From Candidatus Saccharibacteria bacterium RIFCSPHIGHO2_12_FULL_41_12 (lineage in GTDB: Bacteria > Patescibacteriota > Saccharimonadia > Saccharimonadales > 2-12-FULL-41-12), in NCBI GenBank assembly GCA_001790445.1, contig MGCQ01000001.1, positions 40,462 to 104,461 on the forward strand: a DNA stretch of 64,000 nt, given 5' to 3'. Positions 1-9,243 of this stretch are shown piece after piece. The position numbers and the translations under genes were made by a program. The notes beneath the pieces were generated by a model, which saw nothing but the letters and a program-made list of their open reading frames with translations, was not told the origin of the DNA and made no database searches. Within the stretch, counting starts at the first letter, position 1. Every line of letters starts with the position of its first letter.

Positions 1-33
1 GTAGGTCAGACTCACTCTGAAACCCCAGAATAA
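1..33 (+). CDS. 3' end of an upstream CDS (rpsJ/S10 expected from operon order; cannot be verified from 10 codons)
   Basis: Frame 1 is open from the window edge to TAA 31-33. It sits directly upstream of rplC, where rpsJ lies in S10 operons. Confidence 0.25.
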   Translation, partial: VGQTHSETPE

Positions 34-84
34 CACCGAATTTTATTATAATTAATAGTTAAAATTATTAAGGAGTTGCCAGCT

Positions 85-705
85 TTGAAAGCGTTGATAA
101 CCAAAAAAATTGGTATGACTAGTATCGTTGACGAAAACGGTGTGCTAACTCCTGTGACAATTTTATCTGTAGATGACAATGTAATAACGCAAATTAAAAG
201 TGTTGAAATTGATGGTTATAATGCACTGCAAGTAGGCGCAGGCAAAGGCAAAAACATCGGCAAAACACTTCTCGGGCACCTTAAAAATTCCAAAGCAACT
301 CCTAAAACCTTAAAAGAATTCCGTGTGGATACACTTCCTGAAGATATCAAGGTCGGTGACAGTCTTTCTATCGAAGCCTTTGCGCCTGGCGACAAAGTCG
401 ACGTGACTGGTACAAGCAAAGGCAAAGGCTGGGCCGGCACAATCAAGCGGCATAACTTCCATCGTCAGCGAAAGACCCATGGTGGCAAGGGCAACACACG
501 AAAGCCGGGATCTATCGGATCAATGTACCCACAAAAGATTTTTAAAGGCAAAAAAATGGCAGGACAATTGGGGCACACAAAAACCACCACACAAAATTTA
601 CGAATCGCACTTGTTCTACCAGAAGAAAAAGTTATTGCAGTCACTGGTGCTGTACCCGGGCCAAAAAAGAGCGTAGTAATCATCAAACAGGCGGTCAAAC
701 AGTGA
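85..705 (+). CDS. rplC: 50S ribosomal protein L3
   Basis: Protein has L3 hallmarks (KKIGMTSIV..., KGKGWAGTIKRHNF). TTG at 85 lies 9 nt after AGGAG 71-75; the ORF-track start at 76 abuts the SD. Confidence 0.93.
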   Translation: MKALITKKIGMTSIVDENGVLTPVTILSVDDNVITQIKSVEIDGYNALQVGAGKGKNIGKTLLGHLKNSKATPKTLKEFRVDTLPEDIKVGDSLSIEAFAPGDKVDVTGTSKGKGWAGTIKRHNFHRQRKTHGGKGNTRKPGSIGSMYPQKIFKGKKMAGQLGHTKTTTQNLRIALVLPEEKVIAVTGAVPGPKKSVVIIKQAVKQ

Positions 706-1337
706 GCAACACAATATTATTTACTGCAACTGGTGCAAAATCTACCAAAAAGGTCACTTTAGACAAATCGATATTCGGCAAAGATATTGACAGCCACAAT
801 TTGGTCCAACAAGCATATGTTGCTCACCAGGCAAATGGACGCGGTAACTTTGCGATTACAAAAACCCGCGGAGAAGTCAGCGGCGGGGGCAAAAAACCTT
901 GGAAACAAAAAGGCACAGGTCGAGCACGATTTGGTAGCTCTAGAGTGCCAATTTGGCGTGGTGGTGGTATCACCTTTGGCCCAACCGGCAACGAAAATTA
1001 CTCAAAGAAGATCAACATAAAATCTAAACGACTTGCACTCCGTCAGTCACTTAGTTTATCGTGTGACAAGATTAAAGTTATTGAGACGTTTTCTTGTAAA
1101 GATGGCAAAGTTAAGCCAACAGTTGAACTTTTGAAAAAGGTTGGTGCCACGCGGAGGGTGTTGATCGTAGTAAGCACCAAAGACGATCTAGTAGAGAAAG
1201 CAACACGCAATATCCCACAAGTGAAGGCTGTACAAGCTAATTATCTCAATGTTGTTGACATTATGAACGCCGATACAATTCTTATTAGCATGAAATCGCT
1301 TGAAATTATTTCTCAGTGGCTGGGAGAGGATAAATAA
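702..1337 (+). CDS. rplD: 50S ribosomal protein L4
   Basis: GGGKKPWKQKGTGRAR motif. GTGA start/stop overlap with rplC. S10-operon order. Confidence 0.93.
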   Translation: MSNTILFTATGAKSTKKVTLDKSIFGKDIDSHNLVQQAYVAHQANGRGNFAITKTRGEVSGGGKKPWKQKGTGRARFGSSRVPIWRGGGITFGPTGNENYSKKINIKSKRLALRQSLSLSCDKIKVIETFSCKDGKVKPTVELLKKVGATRRVLIVVSTKDDLVEKATRNIPQVKAVQANYLNVVDIMNADTILISMKSLEIISQWLGEDK

Positions 1338-1700
1338 ATGAATATTTTGCTAAAGCCACGAATTACAGAAAAGACTTACTCTCTTGCGCTGAAGCAAAAT
1401 ACATACGTTTTTGACGTCTTAGGCGAAACAAACAAGATAGAGATTGCTAAGCTTGTTCAGAGCACTTATGATGTAACCCCAGAAGTTGTCAGAATAGCTA
1501 TCGTCAAAGGCAAGACAAAGCGTTCATATCGCAAAGGTGGCAAGGTTGTCTCTGGCAAACGAGTAGACGTTAAAAAAGCGTTTGTTCGTATAAAGGACGG
1601 TGAGTCGTTACCATTTTTTGCAGAAATTCAGGCAGAAGAAGAAAAAGAGAAAAAAGTAGCAGAAAAAGCTGCAAAAAAAGCCAAAAAGGATAAGAAATAA
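1338..1700 (+). CDS. rplW: 50S ribosomal protein L23, with Lys/Glu-rich C-terminal tail
   Basis: KPRITEKT N-terminus, size and position between rplD and rplB. Confidence 0.88.
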   Translation: MNILLKPRITEKTYSLALKQNTYVFDVLGETNKIEIAKLVQSTYDVTPEVVRIAIVKGKTKRSYRKGGKVVSGKRVDVKKAFVRIKDGESLPFFAEIQAEEEKEKKVAEKAAKKAKKDKK

Positions 1701-2536
1701 TGGCCATTAAGCAATACAAGCCAACTACACCCGGACGACGTGGCATGACCAGCCAAGATTTTGACGGTATTACGACTAAAAGACCTCTAAAATCGCTTTT
1801 GGCGGTTAAAATACGCGGTTCCGGCCGAAACAACCAAGGTCGCATCACTACTCGCCATAAAGGCGGAGGTGCCAAGAAATTTTATAGGATTGTTAACTTT
1901 AATCTTCCGGCAGGAACAGAGGCCACTGTCGAACATATAGAATATGACCCGAACCGTAGCGCCAGAATTGCCAGAATCAAAGATCAAAATAACCAGTATC
2001 ACTACATACTTGCCCCATTAAAATTAAATCAGGGGGACAAGATCAGCGTTGGAGAAGAAGTCTCAATAGAAAATGCCAACAGACTCCCACTGTCGAGTAT
2101 CCCTACAGGTAGTGTTATTCATAGTATCGAGGTAAACCCAGGAAAAGGCGCTCAGATGGTGCGAAGTGCAGGGACTAGCGCTCAACTAGTAGCAAAAGAA
2201 GATAATTACGCACAGATCAAGTTGCCTAGTGGCGAGGTACGACGAGTTCTTCTAATCTGTATGGCTAGCATAGGAGTTGTTGGTAATGAGCAACACCAAA
2301 ACATCAAAATCGGTAAAGCTGGTAGATCACGCCATAAAGGTATTAGACCGACAGTCCGTGGTGTCGTGATGAATGCAGCTGACCATCCTCATGGTGGTGG
2401 AGATGGAGGCCGTCACGGTATTGGTGGTGATCCACGTACGCCTTGGGGCCAGAAAACGTTAGGATTTAAGACCAGAAGTCGTAAGAAAGTCAACAAGCTA
2501 ATTTTAAGAAGCAGACACATAGGTAAAAGGAAGTAA
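1700..2536 (+). CDS. rplB: 50S ribosomal protein L2
   Basis: KPTTPGRRG and DHPHGGGDGG motifs. TAATG overlap with rplW. Confidence 0.96.
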   Translation: MAIKQYKPTTPGRRGMTSQDFDGITTKRPLKSLLAVKIRGSGRNNQGRITTRHKGGGAKKFYRIVNFNLPAGTEATVEHIEYDPNRSARIARIKDQNNQYHYILAPLKLNQGDKISVGEEVSIENANRLPLSSIPTGSVIHSIEVNPGKGAQMVRSAGTSAQLVAKEDNYAQIKLPSGEVRRVLLICMASIGVVGNEQHQNIKIGKAGRSRHKGIRPTVRGVVMNAADHPHGGGDGGRHGIGGDPRTPWGQKTLGFKTRSRKKVNKLILRSRHIGKRK

Positions 2537-2537
2537 A

Positions 2538-2654
2538 ATGCGTATAACGAATAAAGTAGACCGTATAACGGAAAATAAAATAATCTTGACACTTCGGAAT
2601 CCCGTACCACGTACTACTTTATACGTACTACAGCAACAGGAGGTTGCCCGATGA
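2538..2654 (+). repeat. Structured intergenic insert, copy 1 (117 nt; 38-codon mini-[41 protein letters not shown])
   Basis: Shares the CGTATAACG 5' arm, the TTATACGTACTAC 3' arm and the GCAAC-AGGAG-GTTGC hairpin with copies 2-5. ATG lies 1 nt after the rplB stop; TGA overlaps the rpsS ATG (ATGA). Confidence 0.8.
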
Positions 2655-2926
2655 GTAGATCACTGAAAAAAGGACCATTTATAGATCCAAAACTTGCAAA
2701 AAAGGTAGCTGCTCAGGTTAAAGATGACCGAACAGTAATAAGAACATGGGCACGATACTCTGCAATTTCACCTGAATTTGTCGGTAAAACTATAGCTGTT
2801 CATAATGGCAAAGTTCATGTTCCTGTGTTTATTACGGAAAACATGGTGGGGCATAAACTTGGTGAATTTGCTCCGACACGTAAATTCCGCAGTCACGGTG
2901 GCAAACTAGCGAAAGGTCAAAAATGA
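2651..2926 (+). CDS. rpsS: 30S ribosomal protein S19
   Basis: [10 protein letters not shown]...[27 protein letters not shown]. Confidence 0.96.
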   Translation: MSRSLKKGPFIDPKLAKKVAAQVKDDRTVIRTWARYSAISPEFVGKTIAVHNGKVHVPVFITENMVGHKLGEFAPTRKFRSHGGKLAKGQK

Positions 2927-3033
2927 GTATAACGAATAAAGTATACCGTATAACGGAAAAGGCTGAATTACTAGTTCAGCCCGTAATACGTAATACGAAC
3001 CCCGTACTACAGCAACAGGAGGTTGCTCGATGA
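2923..3033 (+). repeat. Structured intergenic insert, copy 2 (111 nt; 36-codon mini-[39 protein letters not shown])
   Basis: ATGA overlaps at both ends (rpsS stop and rplV start). Central hairpin GGCTGAA/TTCAGCC at 2961-2981. Confidence 0.8.
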
Positions 3034-3470
3034 GTGTTAAGGCTGTCGCAAAAAACGTGCGAATTAGTCCTCGCAAAGTAGCGATTGTAGCTGGGCTTGT
3101 GAGAGGACGATCTGTTGAAGATGCTCTAACTATTTTATCTCATACCCCACGTCGTTCTGCTACAGCGGTCAAAAAAACTATCGAAAGTGCTAGAGCAAAC
3201 GCCGAGAACAATCACAACTACAAAGCTGAGACATTACAGATTGTCTACATTAGCGTAACGCCAGGGACAAAACTTAAGAGATTTCGTCCAGCAGCTCATG
3301 GTCGAGCGCTACCATTCCAAAGAAAGTCCAGCCATATAACTGTTCATGTTGACGGAGAAATGCGCGGTTCAAAGAAAACCGACCAAAGCGGCAAAGAGAC
3401 AAAGAAAGAAGCTAATCCTGCGACCAAGAAGCCAGATAAAAAGAAAATTACAAAGAAGGAAACCAAGTAA
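3030..3470 (+). CDS. rplV: 50S ribosomal protein L22, with Lys-rich C-terminal tail
   Basis: ISPRKV motif and operon position. Confidence 0.93.
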   Translation: MSVKAVAKNVRISPRKVAIVAGLVRGRSVEDALTILSHTPRRSATAVKKTIESARANAENNHNYKAETLQIVYISVTPGTKLKRFRPAAHGRALPFQRKSSHITVHVDGEMRGSKKTDQSGKETKKEANPATKKPDKKKITKKETK

Positions 3471-4099
3471 TGGGACAAAAAGTCAACCCTATCAGTATGA
3501 GGCTCCAAGTCAACAAGGATTGGCGAAGTAAGTGGTTTGTGCCAAAAAGGGATTATGCCGCATACCTAACCCAAGATCTTAAAGTCCGAAAACTTATAGA
3601 TGACAAAGTAGGCATACGTGGTGCAATCAACAAAGTTGATATCGAGCGCTCTCCAAGCCTTGTCACTGTCACAATTTCTACTGCAAAGGCTGGGGTTATT
3701 ATTGGCCGTGGGGGTACAGGTGTCTCAGAGCTAAAAGAAAAGATCCAAGCAATTTACAAAGTCAACACTCGTATCAACATTGAAGAGATCAAAAAAAGTG
3801 AGCTTTATGCAAAAATTGTTGCAGAGAATATTGCAAATCAATTGAGCCGTCGTATTTCGTTCCGCCGAGCCATCAAACAATCTGCAGCCGCAACCATGAG
3901 AGCTGGAGCAAAAGGTATTCGTGTCGAGGTTGCCGGAAGATTAAACGGCGCAGAAATGTCTAGACGGGAAAAAGAAGTCCTGGGTAGTGTCCCGCTTCAT
4001 ACTATACGTGCTGATATTGATTATGCATTTGTACCCGCCCAGACTGCAGCCGGCATTATCGGTGTTAAAGTCTGGATTTATAAAGGAGAGGTTTTATAA
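3470..4099 (+). CDS. rpsC: 30S ribosomal protein S3
   Basis: MGQKVNPIS N-terminus, KH-domain GRGG motif. TAATG overlap with rplV. Confidence 0.96.
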   Translation: MGQKVNPISMRLQVNKDWRSKWFVPKRDYAAYLTQDLKVRKLIDDKVGIRGAINKVDIERSPSLVTVTISTAKAGVIIGRGGTGVSELKEKIQAIYKVNTRINIEEIKKSELYAKIVAENIANQLSRRISFRRAIKQSAAATMRAGAKGIRVEVAGRLNGAEMSRREKEVLGSVPLHTIRADIDYAFVPAQTAAGIIGVKVWIYKGEVL

Positions 4100-4102
4100 A
4101 TC

Positions 4103-4519
4103 ATGCTTTTACCAAATAAAATGAAATACAGGAGAGTGATGAAGGGTCGAGTTCGAGGCCCTGCTACCTCAGGCAACTACATCGCATATGGACAATACGC
4201 GCTTCAAGCCCAAGGTCACGATAGAGTGACTAGTAGACAGATTGAGGCATCCAGACAAGCCATGACTCGTTATATTAAACGCGGGGGCAAAATTTGGATA
4301 AGAATTTTCCCGCACACCCCTGTTACAAAGAAACCAGTTGGTCTTAAAATGGGTGGCGGCAAAGGATCACCAGAATTTTACGTTGCCAAGGTCAAACCCG
4401 GGACTATTCTTTTTGAAATGGAAGGCGTTAAAGAAGAAGTTGCTAAAGAAGCCATGAGGCTTGCAGGTCATAAATTGTCAGTCAAAACGAAGTTTATCGT
4501 TCGGGAGACAAACCAATGA
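4103..4519 (+). CDS. rplP: 50S ribosomal protein L16
   Basis: [12 protein letters not shown]-terminus, [12 protein letters not shown] motif. Confidence 0.95.
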   Translation: MLLPNKMKYRRVMKGRVRGPATSGNYIAYGQYALQAQGHDRVTSRQIEASRQAMTRYIKRGGKIWIRIFPHTPVTKKPVGLKMGGGKGSPEFYVAKVKPGTILFEMEGVKEEVAKEAMRLAGHKLSVKTKFIVRETNQ

Positions 4520-4716
4520 AAGTTATAGAAATACGAAAAATGCCAGTTAACGAGTTGATCAAGACCTCTAACGTTCTTAGGGATGAAATAATTGATTCTA
4601 AAAAAAGAGTACACATGGGCGAAACGACCAACAACAGAATAATAAGGAAAAAAAGAAAAGATTTAGCTCGTGTGCTAACTGTTATGCGCGAACAGCTTGA
4701 AAAGGAGAATGCATAA
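4516..4716 (+). CDS. rpmC: 50S ribosomal protein L29
   Basis: 66 aa, ATGA overlap with rplP, operon position. Confidence 0.85.
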   Translation: MKVIEIRKMPVNELIKTSNVLRDEIIDSKKRVHMGETTNNRIIRKKRKDLARVLTVMREQLEKENA

Positions 4717-4717
4717 T

Positions 4718-5005
4718 ATGGCGAAAACATTAACCGGCACTGTGGTGTCAACTAAAGCAAATAAAACTATTGTAATTGAAGTACATGCACGAAAAACTCA
4801 CCCTATCTATAAAAAACAATACTCGGTTACCAATAGAATAATGGCTCACGACGAAAATAGTCAGGCAAAGATGGGCGACAAAGTCACTGTTGTAGAAATT
4901 CGTCCAATATCAAAGAACAAACACTTTGCTCTCAAAAATGTTCTGTCACATGCAGCACTTACAAAAGAGGACAAAGCAGTAATTGACCAAGAGGAGGTTG
5001 CTTAA
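4718..5005 (+). CDS. rpsQ: 30S ribosomal protein S17
   Basis: [22 protein letters not shown]. The ATG at 4718 has an AAGGAG upstream; the ORF-track start at 4697 lies inside rpmC. Confidence 0.92.
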   Translation: MAKTLTGTVVSTKANKTIVIEVHARKTHPIYKKQYSVTNRIMAHDENSQAKMGDKVTVVEIRPISKNKHFALKNVLSHAALTKEDKAVIDQEEVA

Positions 5006-5006
5006 G

Positions 5007-5375
5007 GTGATCCAACAAGAATCAAAACTTGGTGTTTGTGACAACAGCGGTGCAAAAGAGATACTTTGTATCCGTGTTCTTGGTGGCACCCGCAGACGTT
5101 ACGCTGGTGTTGGAGACATTATTGTGGCAACTGTTAAACAGGCAGCTCCAAATGGCACCGTCAAGAGAAAATCAGTCGTCAGAGCAGTTATTGTTCGGAC
5201 AAAGAACTCAATCAAGCGAAAAGACGGATCAGTTATTAAATTTGACGATAATGCTGCTGTGATTATTGGTGACGATAAACTGCCGCGAGGAACTCGTATT
5301 TTTGGCCCTGTACCTAGAGAATTAAGAGAAAAAGGTTTTGCAAAAATTGTTAGCCTTGCCCCGGAGGTACTATAA
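5007..5375 (+). CDS. rplN: 50S ribosomal protein L14
   Basis: GTG start gives (M)[16 protein letters not shown], the canonical L14 N-terminus. GAGGAGG SD at 4991-4997. Confidence 0.94.
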   Translation: MIQQESKLGVCDNSGAKEILCIRVLGGTRRRYAGVGDIIVATVKQAAPNGTVKRKSVVRAVIVRTKNSIKRKDGSVIKFDDNAAVIIGDDKLPRGTRIFGPVPRELREKGFAKIVSLAPEVL

Positions 5376-5708
5376 ATGAGTGATAAAATATACAAAATCA
5401 GATTAAAAAAAGGTGACACAGTCGTTGTCCTGGCTGGAAAAGACAAGGGGAAAACCGGAATTGTCGAGTCTACTCATCCCCGTGAGAACAAAGTGACAGT
5501 AAAGGGTATCAATGTTTACAAAAAGGCAGTCAAACCTGACAAAACACATCCAAAAGGCGGGATCATAGACATAACTAAACCTATTTGGGTCAGTAAAGTC
5601 GCCTTGCAGGAGCCCACGTCTAAAAAACCGTCAAAAATAGGATATAAGTTGACTAAAGACGGAACAAAAGTACGTATTTATAAGCGTACAGGGAAAGGGG
5701 TCAAATAA
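5376..5708 (+). CDS. rplX: 50S ribosomal protein L24
   Basis: KOW motif KKGDTVVVLAGKDKGKTG. Confidence 0.93.
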   Translation: MSDKIYKIRLKKGDTVVVLAGKDKGKTGIVESTHPRENKVTVKGINVYKKAVKPDKTHPKGGIIDITKPIWVSKVALQEPTSKKPSKIGYKLTKDGTKVRIYKRTGKGVK

Positions 5709-6283
5709 TGTCCGATAAATCCACCGCAAAATATATCCCAAGACTCAAAAAGGAGTTTAATGACACCTATAAATCTGAACTAAAGAAAGAACTTGGCCTT
5801 AGCAATATTAATGCTGTTCCTTCACTGGAAAAAATTGTTATAAATATTGGACTCGGAAAATCAAAAGATGACAAAAAAATGTTTGAGGTAGCCACCAATA
5901 CAATTGAAAAGATTACTGGACAGAAACCAATCATGACGTATTCAAAGGTCAATGTGGCGTCTTTTAAGCTTCGAGAAGGTAACAAAATTGGCATGAAAGT
6001 CACTTTGCGTGGTGATCGTATGTTTGAGTTTCTAGACCGTTTTGTCAATATTGTTATGCCTCGTCAAAGAGATTTTCACGGTGTATCAAACAAGTCTTTT
6101 GATTCACAAGGCAACTTTTCAATAGGAGTTGTTGAGCAGTCAATATTTCCAGAACTAAGTTTTGAAGAAACAACCTCGCCACACGGACTTCAAGTGGTTA
6201 TAGTAACAAAATCAAACGGTAAAGAAGAAGCACGGGCTCTTCTTGTGAAGTTCGGTGTACCGTTTATGAAAGAAGGTAAATAA
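5708..6283 (+). CDS. rplE: 50S ribosomal protein L5
   Basis: Length, spc-operon position and conserved central region ([16 protein letters not shown]). Confidence 0.94.
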   Translation: MSDKSTAKYIPRLKKEFNDTYKSELKKELGLSNINAVPSLEKIVINIGLGKSKDDKKMFEVATNTIEKITGQKPIMTYSKVNVASFKLREGNKIGMKVTLRGDRMFEFLDRFVNIVMPRQRDFHGVSNKSFDSQGNFSIGVVEQSIFPELSFEETTSPHGLQVVIVTKSNGKEEARALLVKFGVPFMKEGK

Positions 6284-6284
6284 C

Positions 6285-6554
6285 ATGGCAAAAAAATCAA
6301 TTATAGCCAGAGATGCAAAAAAGAACAAAATGATCGCTAAAGATGCCAAAAAACGCCAGGAACTCAAAGATTTAGGTGATTTTGACAAATTACACCTAAT
6401 GCGACGTAATGGTGCACCTTCCAGACATAAAAATCGCTGCCAAGAAACCGGACGACCACGTGCATATATGAGAACATTTGGGCTATCTAGAATTAGTTTT
6501 AGAGAACATGCAGTAAAGGGAGAAATCCCTGGTATAACAAAGGCAAGTTGGTAA
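6285..6554 (+). CDS. rpsN: 30S ribosomal protein S14 (long form without a Cys4 zinc motif)
   Basis: [25 protein letters not shown]-terminus; 89 aa. Confidence 0.93.
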   Translation: MAKKSIIARDAKKNKMIAKDAKKRQELKDLGDFDKLHLMRRNGAPSRHKNRCQETGRPRAYMRTFGLSRISFREHAVKGEIPGITKASW

Positions 6555-6562
6555 GGAGTATT

Positions 6563-6958
6563 ATGGTATCTACAGATCCAATATCAGATATGTTAACGAG
6601 AATACGCAATGCAATAGCTGTGTCAAAAACACAAGTTGAAATGCCATATTCAACTGTGAAGTTTCGGGTTGCTGGAATTTTAAAAGACAATAATTTCCTT
6701 GACGATGTCTCACAAAAGGGAGAAGGCATAAATAGAAAAATTGTCGTAACCATCAACACAGAAAACTCCAATGCGCGTATTACTGAGATAGCAAGGTTGA
6801 GCAAACCCGGACGAAGAAAATACGTCAAAGCTGACCAAGTCCCAACCGTCAAACGTGGACGTGGTATTGTGATAGTTTCTACGTCAAAGGGTCTTATGAC
6901 AGGCGCTGAAGCAAAGAAAACCAACATTGGCGGAGAATTAATTTGTCAGGTATATTAA
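6563..6958 (+). CDS. rpsH: 30S ribosomal protein S8
   Basis: DPISDMLTRIRNA motif. ATG 6563 follows AAGGAG 6553-6558. Confidence 0.94.
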   Translation: MVSTDPISDMLTRIRNAIAVSKTQVEMPYSTVKFRVAGILKDNNFLDDVSQKGEGINRKIVVTINTENSNARITEIARLSKPGRRKYVKADQVPTVKRGRGIVIVSTSKGLMTGAEAKKTNIGGELICQVY

Positions 6959-6959
6959 C

Positions 6960-7070
6960 ATGAGTATAACGAATAACGTATACCGTATAACGGAAAAGGC
7001 TGGATTACTAGTTCAGTCCGTAATACGTAATACGAACCCCGTACTACTGCAACAGGAGGTTGCTCGATGA
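6960..7070 (+). repeat. Structured intergenic insert, copy 3 (111 nt; mini-ORF MSITNNVYRITEKAGLLVQSVIRNTNPVLLQQEVAR)
   Basis: Differs from copy 2 at only 4 positions. ATG lies 1 nt after the rpsH TAA; TGA overlaps the rplF ATG. Confidence 0.8.
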
Positions 7071-7606
7071 GTCGTATAGGAAAACTACCAATCAAAATTG
7101 AACCTGGTGTGACAATCACTGTTGACAATGATTTTGTGCGTGTCGAGGGGCCCAAGGGTAAACTTGAACAGTTCACCATGCCTGACGTCAATATTGAGCA
7201 AAAAGATGGAGAGATAATTGTCACAAGAGAAAATGACGAGATAGAAAATAGATCAAAACATGGTCTGATGCGTTCATTAATCCAAAATATGATAATAGGA
7301 GTGACAAAAGGGTTCGAGAAGCAACTAGAAGTCAACGGAGTTGGGTTTCGGGTTGCACTTGCTGGGACTGATCTCAAGATGAATCTTGGTTTTTCTCATG
7401 AAGTTGTTTATCCTGTTCCGGAATATGTAAAAGCTGAAGTTAAACAAAACGTGATTACTATTTCTGGAATAAGCAAACAACAAGTTGGTCAGGTCGCAGC
7501 CGAAATACGTTCTCTAAAAAAACCAGAGCCATATAAGGGCAAAGGTATCAAGTATGTTGGCGAAAAAATTATACGAAAAAGTGGTAAATCTGGTAAGGAC
7601 AAATAG
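7067..7606 (+). CDS. rplF: 50S ribosomal protein L6
   Basis: MSRIGKLPI N-terminus; PEPYKGKGIKY motif. Confidence 0.95.
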   Translation: MSRIGKLPIKIEPGVTITVDNDFVRVEGPKGKLEQFTMPDVNIEQKDGEIIVTRENDEIENRSKHGLMRSLIQNMIIGVTKGFEKQLEVNGVGFRVALAGTDLKMNLGFSHEVVYPVPEYVKAEVKQNVITISGISKQQVGQVAAEIRSLKKPEPYKGKGIKYVGEKIIRKSGKSGKDK

Positions 7607-7613
7607 GAATATT

Positions 7614-7967
7614 ATGAATAGAATATTAAATAAAGTAAAACATGCTAACAGGCGGGCTATTAAAGTTCGTTCGCGTGTTGTTGGCACAAGTGAGCGACCT
7701 AGAATGAGCGTCAGTGTTAGCAATAAAAATATCTCTGTGCAGATAATTGATGACGGAAAACATCAGACAATTGCCAGCGTCACCACTGTTGGATCAAAGA
7801 TAGAAGGAACTATGACCGAAAAAGCTGAAATAATTGGCACAGAAGTTGCAAAAAAAGCTAAAGCAAAAAAGATCAAAAAAGTTTCTTTTGACAGAGGCTC
7901 AAAGCTTTACCATGGTCGCGTAAAAGCACTTGCTGATGCAGCAAGAAAAGAAGGATTGGAGTTTTAA
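7614..7967 (+). CDS. rplR: 50S ribosomal protein L18
   Basis: FDRGSKLYHGRVKALADAARKEGLEF C-terminus. The ATG at 7614 lies after the rplF stop. Confidence 0.92.
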   Translation: MNRILNKVKHANRRAIKVRSRVVGTSERPRMSVSVSNKNISVQIIDDGKHQTIASVTTVGSKIEGTMTEKAEIIGTEVAKKAKAKKIKKVSFDRGSKLYHGRVKALADAARKEGLEF

Positions 7968-7968
7968 A

Positions 7969-8628
7969 ATGGCTATAAATCAACCACAAAACAATCCAGA
8001 TTTACTAGCTGGAGAAAATCCGTACGAAGAAAAAGTAGTAAATATTGATCGTGTTGCCAGAGTCGTCAAAGGTGGTCGTCGCTTTAGGTTCCGCGCACTT
8101 GTTGTAGTGGGAGACAAAAAAGGTCAGGTTGGAATTGGAGTGTCAAAAGGAGCTGATGTAACCGCAGCAGTCACCAAAGCTACTCAAGTCGCAAAAAAGA
8201 ATATTCAAACTGTAACAATAGAAAACGGCACATTTCCTCATGAAGCGCAGGCTAAAGTTAGCGGAGCTAATATACTGATTATGCCTGCAAGTGCCGGTAC
8301 TGGTTTAATCGCCGGTGGTGTTGTTAGAGTAGTGCTTGAGGTTGCTGGTGTTCAAAACGCTCTTAGTAAGTCTCTGGGCTCCGCGAATAAGATTAACGTT
8401 GCCTATGCCACGCTAAAAGCGCTGATGTCTATCAAGCCAAAATCTGAATGGGTTAATCCTCCTCGTAAATTTGTTAAGACACCTGTTCAGGACAAACCAG
8501 AACCTAAGGTTGAGCCAAAACCAGAGATTAAACCTAAAGAAACGCCAAAGCCAAAAAAAGCTGCCACCAAAAACACTAAACCCAAGAAGCCCGCAGCCAA
8601 AAAGTCAACCTCAAAGGATAAAAAATAA
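7969..8628 (+). CDS. rpsE: 30S ribosomal protein S5, with Pro/Lys-rich C-terminal extension
   Basis: [36 protein letters not shown]. Start MAINQP at 7969. Confidence 0.94.
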   Translation: MAINQPQNNPDLLAGENPYEEKVVNIDRVARVVKGGRRFRFRALVVVGDKKGQVGIGVSKGADVTAAVTKATQVAKKNIQTVTIENGTFPHEAQAKVSGANILIMPASAGTGLIAGGVVRVVLEVAGVQNALSKSLGSANKINVAYATLKALMSIKPKSEWVNPPRKFVKTPVQDKPEPKVEPKPEIKPKETPKPKKAATKNTKPKKPAAKKSTSKDKK

Positions 8629-8712
8629 TGAATCACGTTAGAATATTGACGACTTATCATATACTAGACATAAACGACTCTGACGTGGTTGGGAAGAAAG
8701 GATTCTAACGTG

Positions 8713-9183
8713 ATGAAATATTCAGATCTTTCACTGACAAAAAAGAAGTCAAGCAAAAGAGCAGGGCGCGGTATATCTGCTGGTCGGGGTAAAACAGCAG
8801 GTCGTGGGACAAAAGGCCAAGGTTCACGTAAAAGTGGTGGCGTCAAGCCTGGCTTTGAAGGCGGCCAAATGCCTCTGTACAAAAGAATTCCTAAGCTCAG
8901 AGGCTTTAAATCGCACAGACCTAAAGCTCACAACATCAAAACTTCAGTACTTGACGATCTTAAACTAAAAAAAGTTGATAATTTTGTACTTGCTGACAAG
9001 GGTTTGTTGCCCGATGCATACTCGAAAGTTAAATTAATAGCTGACAAAGATATCAAAACAGCGGTAGAAGTTAGCTTGCAAGGGGCCAGCACATCAGCAG
9101 CCGCGAAGCTCGAAAAAGCAGGCGGATCGTTTATAAAAATTCCTCAAAACCTGCGACCAAAAACATCAAATAAATCTAAATAA
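8713..9183 (+). CDS. rplO: 50S ribosomal protein L15
   Basis: GRGISAGRGKTAGRGTKGQGSR motif. It follows rpsE directly, with no rpmD between them. Confidence 0.92.
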   Translation: MKYSDLSLTKKKSSKRAGRGISAGRGKTAGRGTKGQGSRKSGGVKPGFEGGQMPLYKRIPKLRGFKSHRPKAHNIKTSVLDDLKLKKVDNFVLADKGLLPDAYSKVKLIADKDIKTAVEVSLQGASTSAAAKLEKAGGSFIKIPQNLRPKTSNKSK

Positions 9184-9186
9184 TAT

Positions 9187-9215
9187 TTGGACTAATATAC
9201 AAATAGTGATATAGT
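9187..9215 (+). promoter_or_regulatory. Putative sigma70-type promoter for the 9244 ORF
   Basis: TTGGAC (9187-9192), 17 nt, TATAGT (9210-9215). Confidence 0.45.
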
Positions 9216-9243
9216 ATGTCAATATATTATTGAAGGATTTAAA

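Noticed and set aside
216-7377. Antisense and alternate-frame ORFs inside r-protein genes (e.g. 216-446, 465-698, 1570-1875, 5099-5446, 6499-6927, 6955-7377)
   Set aside because: Each is fully embedded in a confidently identified ribosomal protein gene on the other strand or in another frame. None has a motif.
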